From contig CM068750.1 in the NCBI GenBank assembly GCA_035084275.1, positions 5,580,001 through 5,644,000 of the forward strand: a DNA stretch of 64,000 nt, written 5' to 3'. The notes under the pieces are model-generated. The model saw only the letters and a program-made list of their open reading frames with translations. It was not told where the DNA came from and did not search any database. Made by a program: the position numbers and the translations under genes. This document shows positions 61,271-64,000 of this stretch, one piece after another. The DNA comes from Hydrolagus colliei (Eukaryota). Position 1 is the stretch's first letter, and the number at the start of each line of letters is the position of its first letter.

Positions 61271-62810
61271 TGGGTGGGTGGGAAGGAAAATGCAAGTTCT
61301 TCTGTCTTTCTTATTGAACTGCACCAGAAATTATATGGTTATAAGAGATTAACAAGGGGTGGGGTAGAGGTGTGGATAAAGTGAGCAAAACTGATTTTTC
61401 AGGCTTCAAAAAAGAGTTTTCCGTAGATGCAACATAAGCAGGAGAGAAGCAGCTAATTATAATAATTGTAGTTGTGTTGAAAGAACATAAAACCGCTGGT
61501 TAAACTTGCTGAATATTTTATTTAGTCATTTATAGGGTTTGGGATATTCCTGGATTGTGATTTGATTTATTTTAATAATAAAATATCCTGCATGTTTATG
61601 AAGACAAAAAAAATCTTGTTATATCATGGGCATTAAGAGAACATCTATGAACTGTGCCTAATCAGTAACTTTGAACTCTATCAGGCTTGCACCATTAGTG
61701 CTGGCAGCTTTAGAAAACAAATTACTAACTGTAATCCTTACCCTGAAACACACAGCACAAGACAATAGTTCAGCTAAATAGAACTGTCACTGCAGAAGAG
61801 TTATTGTTAGCAGCTGAGCAAACTTAATTTTGCAGTTTACATCAGGAATTGTCCACGAACCTGACTTCAGGCAGCAGTATATTAATAATTATTATCTCAT
61901 GGGGATATTATGGCAAGTATTTCTATTTCTTTCCAGGTTTTTTTTTAAAAAGAAGATATTTCTAATTTTTAAATCAAGATTTTACGATGTTGTCACCAAC
62001 GTTAACTGATATTTGCATTTCTTTTACCTGAAGAAACGTTTTGTCCATCGCTCAATGGATTCCAGCACTTTCATTACCAATGATATGGATCTCATAACCT
62101 CATTTGCGCTCTACAATAATGATATTAAGATATAATTCTGCCACGGGCTTTAGTGTAATTAATTATTCTGATCAGTAGGACTCCCATGGCCGCCAGCCAA
62201 GAAAATCATTTATATTATGAAGATTCAAACATCAGGCCATTGAGTTAAACATTTTTTGCATACTATCCACTGGCCTGACATCAATCTCAGGTATATATAC
62301 TGTACTTCATATGGTGAAAGTCGTTTAGTGGGAACAATCTATAGCAAACAAACACTCCCTTTTACTCAATTGTTTATTTTTAAACAAACTCTGTTCAAGT
62401 TAAACGCACTGATCCTAATTTCCTGCAATTTTCCTCTGGTAGTACTCAAACACTAAAGCTATTAGTCCACCTCTGGTGGTGCAGTGTGCATCCAATTCAT
62501 TAAACTAAACGCATCTCTGCAAGTCTATTAGTGGGTCAGTTTCTCCCTTCCCTAGAACCATAATGATGAGAATGAATGTACTTCTGTGCTAATCTGGGTG
62601 TGGATATGCATCCATCTTCTTTACTTCTCCTGGCGGTAAGGAGGTGGTGTGGTATCCATTTGGTATTTCTGACAGTTTATCGGAAAGAGAAAAATGTACC
62701 CATCTTCCTTTAACTACGTAAAGAACGACTGAATATAAAACCAAATTGTATACACCACAAATTGTGTACACCTCCATTGACTTAGCACTGTACAATAACC
62801 AGCGTTTATA

Positions 62811-63042
62811 TAATAATAATAATCCTTGCATTTGATATAGCGCTTTTCACAACTTATCGATATCTCAAAGCGGTTCACAGATTTTTTTTTACTGTAGAGT
62901 AAATATTTCTGGGCCAAATGCAGCAGCCAATTGCGCACAGCAGTTTCCCATAATCCACAAACAATTGTGGATTGAAATGATCAATTTTATTATTGTGGTT
63001 TTTTTTGGACTGATTATTATTAGGCCTGTGGAGTCAGGAAAC
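62811..63042 (-). mobile_element. 5'-truncated major SINE
   Basis: (taa)n tccttgcatttgatatagcgcttttcac...gcagccaattgcgcacagcag...tgtggagtcaggaaac. Confidence 0.9.
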
Positions 63043-63226
63043 TAATGCAGAGCTTCCAATGACAAGACTTTAATAAGTTAACAAAGATAGGGATAGAAAT
63101 GAGGCCTAGATAGTGACTACTGAAATCTTTACACAAGAGTGAGCAGCCCTGCTATATAGTGCCCTTCACATTGGACAAAGCCTGGGGACGTTTATATTAT
63201 CGGATGCAGTAGCTTACACTTAGATA

Positions 63227-63286
63227 CAACAACAACAAAATTACATTTGTAGAGCACCTTAGGAGGGAGGACGTCCCAAGGCATTG
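63227..63286 (-). mobile_element. L2 3' tail
   Basis: (caa)n aattacatttgtagagcacctt..gggaggacgtcccaagg. Confidence 0.8.
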
Positions 63287-63434
63287 ATCAGTTTGGGCTC
63301 ATTGCCACTGACTGGGGTCATTGCCTTAGATATTAGGTATTACGGCAATGCAAGAGTATGATTGTAAATTATTTAAGGTCTTTATTTAGTATTATTTTAA
63401 AATATTTAAAAATAAATTCATTCTGTTGCATACA

Positions 63435-63570
63435 TGAGGGAGAAGGGAATTGAGGGCATAAAGGGGAGGGGGATAGGGGGTGAACGGAAGCTCATGTGGA
63501 GTACAGCCACCAGTATAGAACAGTTGGGGCAAATGGCCTGTTTCATTGCTGTAGATTCTATTTGATTGTA
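63435..63570 (+). mobile_element. CR1 3' end
   Basis: gctcatgtggag..ccagtatagaacagttggggcaaatggcctgtttc..tgctgtagattctat, a typical CR1 3'UTR. Confidence 0.7.
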
Positions 63571-64000
63571 GTGAGATACATCTCCCCTGCATTTCATGTG
63601 GATGAAACTCAGAAATGAAGAGATTCCTGACTTGAATTAGTCCCTTTGGATACACAATATATTTTAAGTAGTTTGCTGAGCTTTTTCAGCCAACAGGGCT
63701 GAATTATACCAGTTATTTTACACTGTTCGCTCTTATAAAAACACACTGAATTTAGAAATGAAATATTAGAACTCCGTTCCTTGGCCTGGAGGAATACTGA
63801 AGTCTCTTCTTATCCGTGATTTTAATAAGAGTAAGAATGAAAGGGAAGATGGAAAGGTGACAGAAGGACTGTAAAAAGACTAGAGCGTCAAGTGGAGTTA
63901 TATGACATCTCTGCTCAATACTGTATATAAATATTTCAAATGTCAAGGCACATATAAATAATTAGTGCATGGTATTTGTTCTATAATACAATGCGCCCAT

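Overview
AT-rich eukaryotic DNA with no intact protein-coding gene, rRNA, true tRNA gene or CRISPR array that I can support. The ORF track consists of chance ORFs and repeat-derived ORFs. The repeat repertoire points to a cartilaginous fish, most like the elephant shark Callorhinchus milii (inferred from remembered repeat consensus sequences, not from a search). It comprises an abundant ~300-bp tRNA-headed SINE with an (ATT)n L2-type tail, 5'-truncated L2 ends with (TTG)n tails, decayed CR1, old Deu-domain and AmnSINE2/Nin-like SINEs, Penelope-like ends, one Tigger/pogo MITE and one hAT MITE. The window looks like a gene desert or a long intron, with several repeat-free blocks that resemble conserved enhancers. 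The most unusual signal is at ~170-1770 (+): a stop- and frameshift-riddled relic of a viral class I fusion glycoprotein with motifs resembling paramyxo/pneumovirus F. It is a candidate lokiretrovirus-like or foamy-like env, or a mononegaviral endogenous element. Other oddities are an exact 37-bp direct repeat 1.58 kb apart, a perfect 17-bp hairpin inside an old L2, a decayed ~43-bp minisatellite and a Cys-rich transposase-like relic. Repeat boundaries are approximate because they were read by eye.
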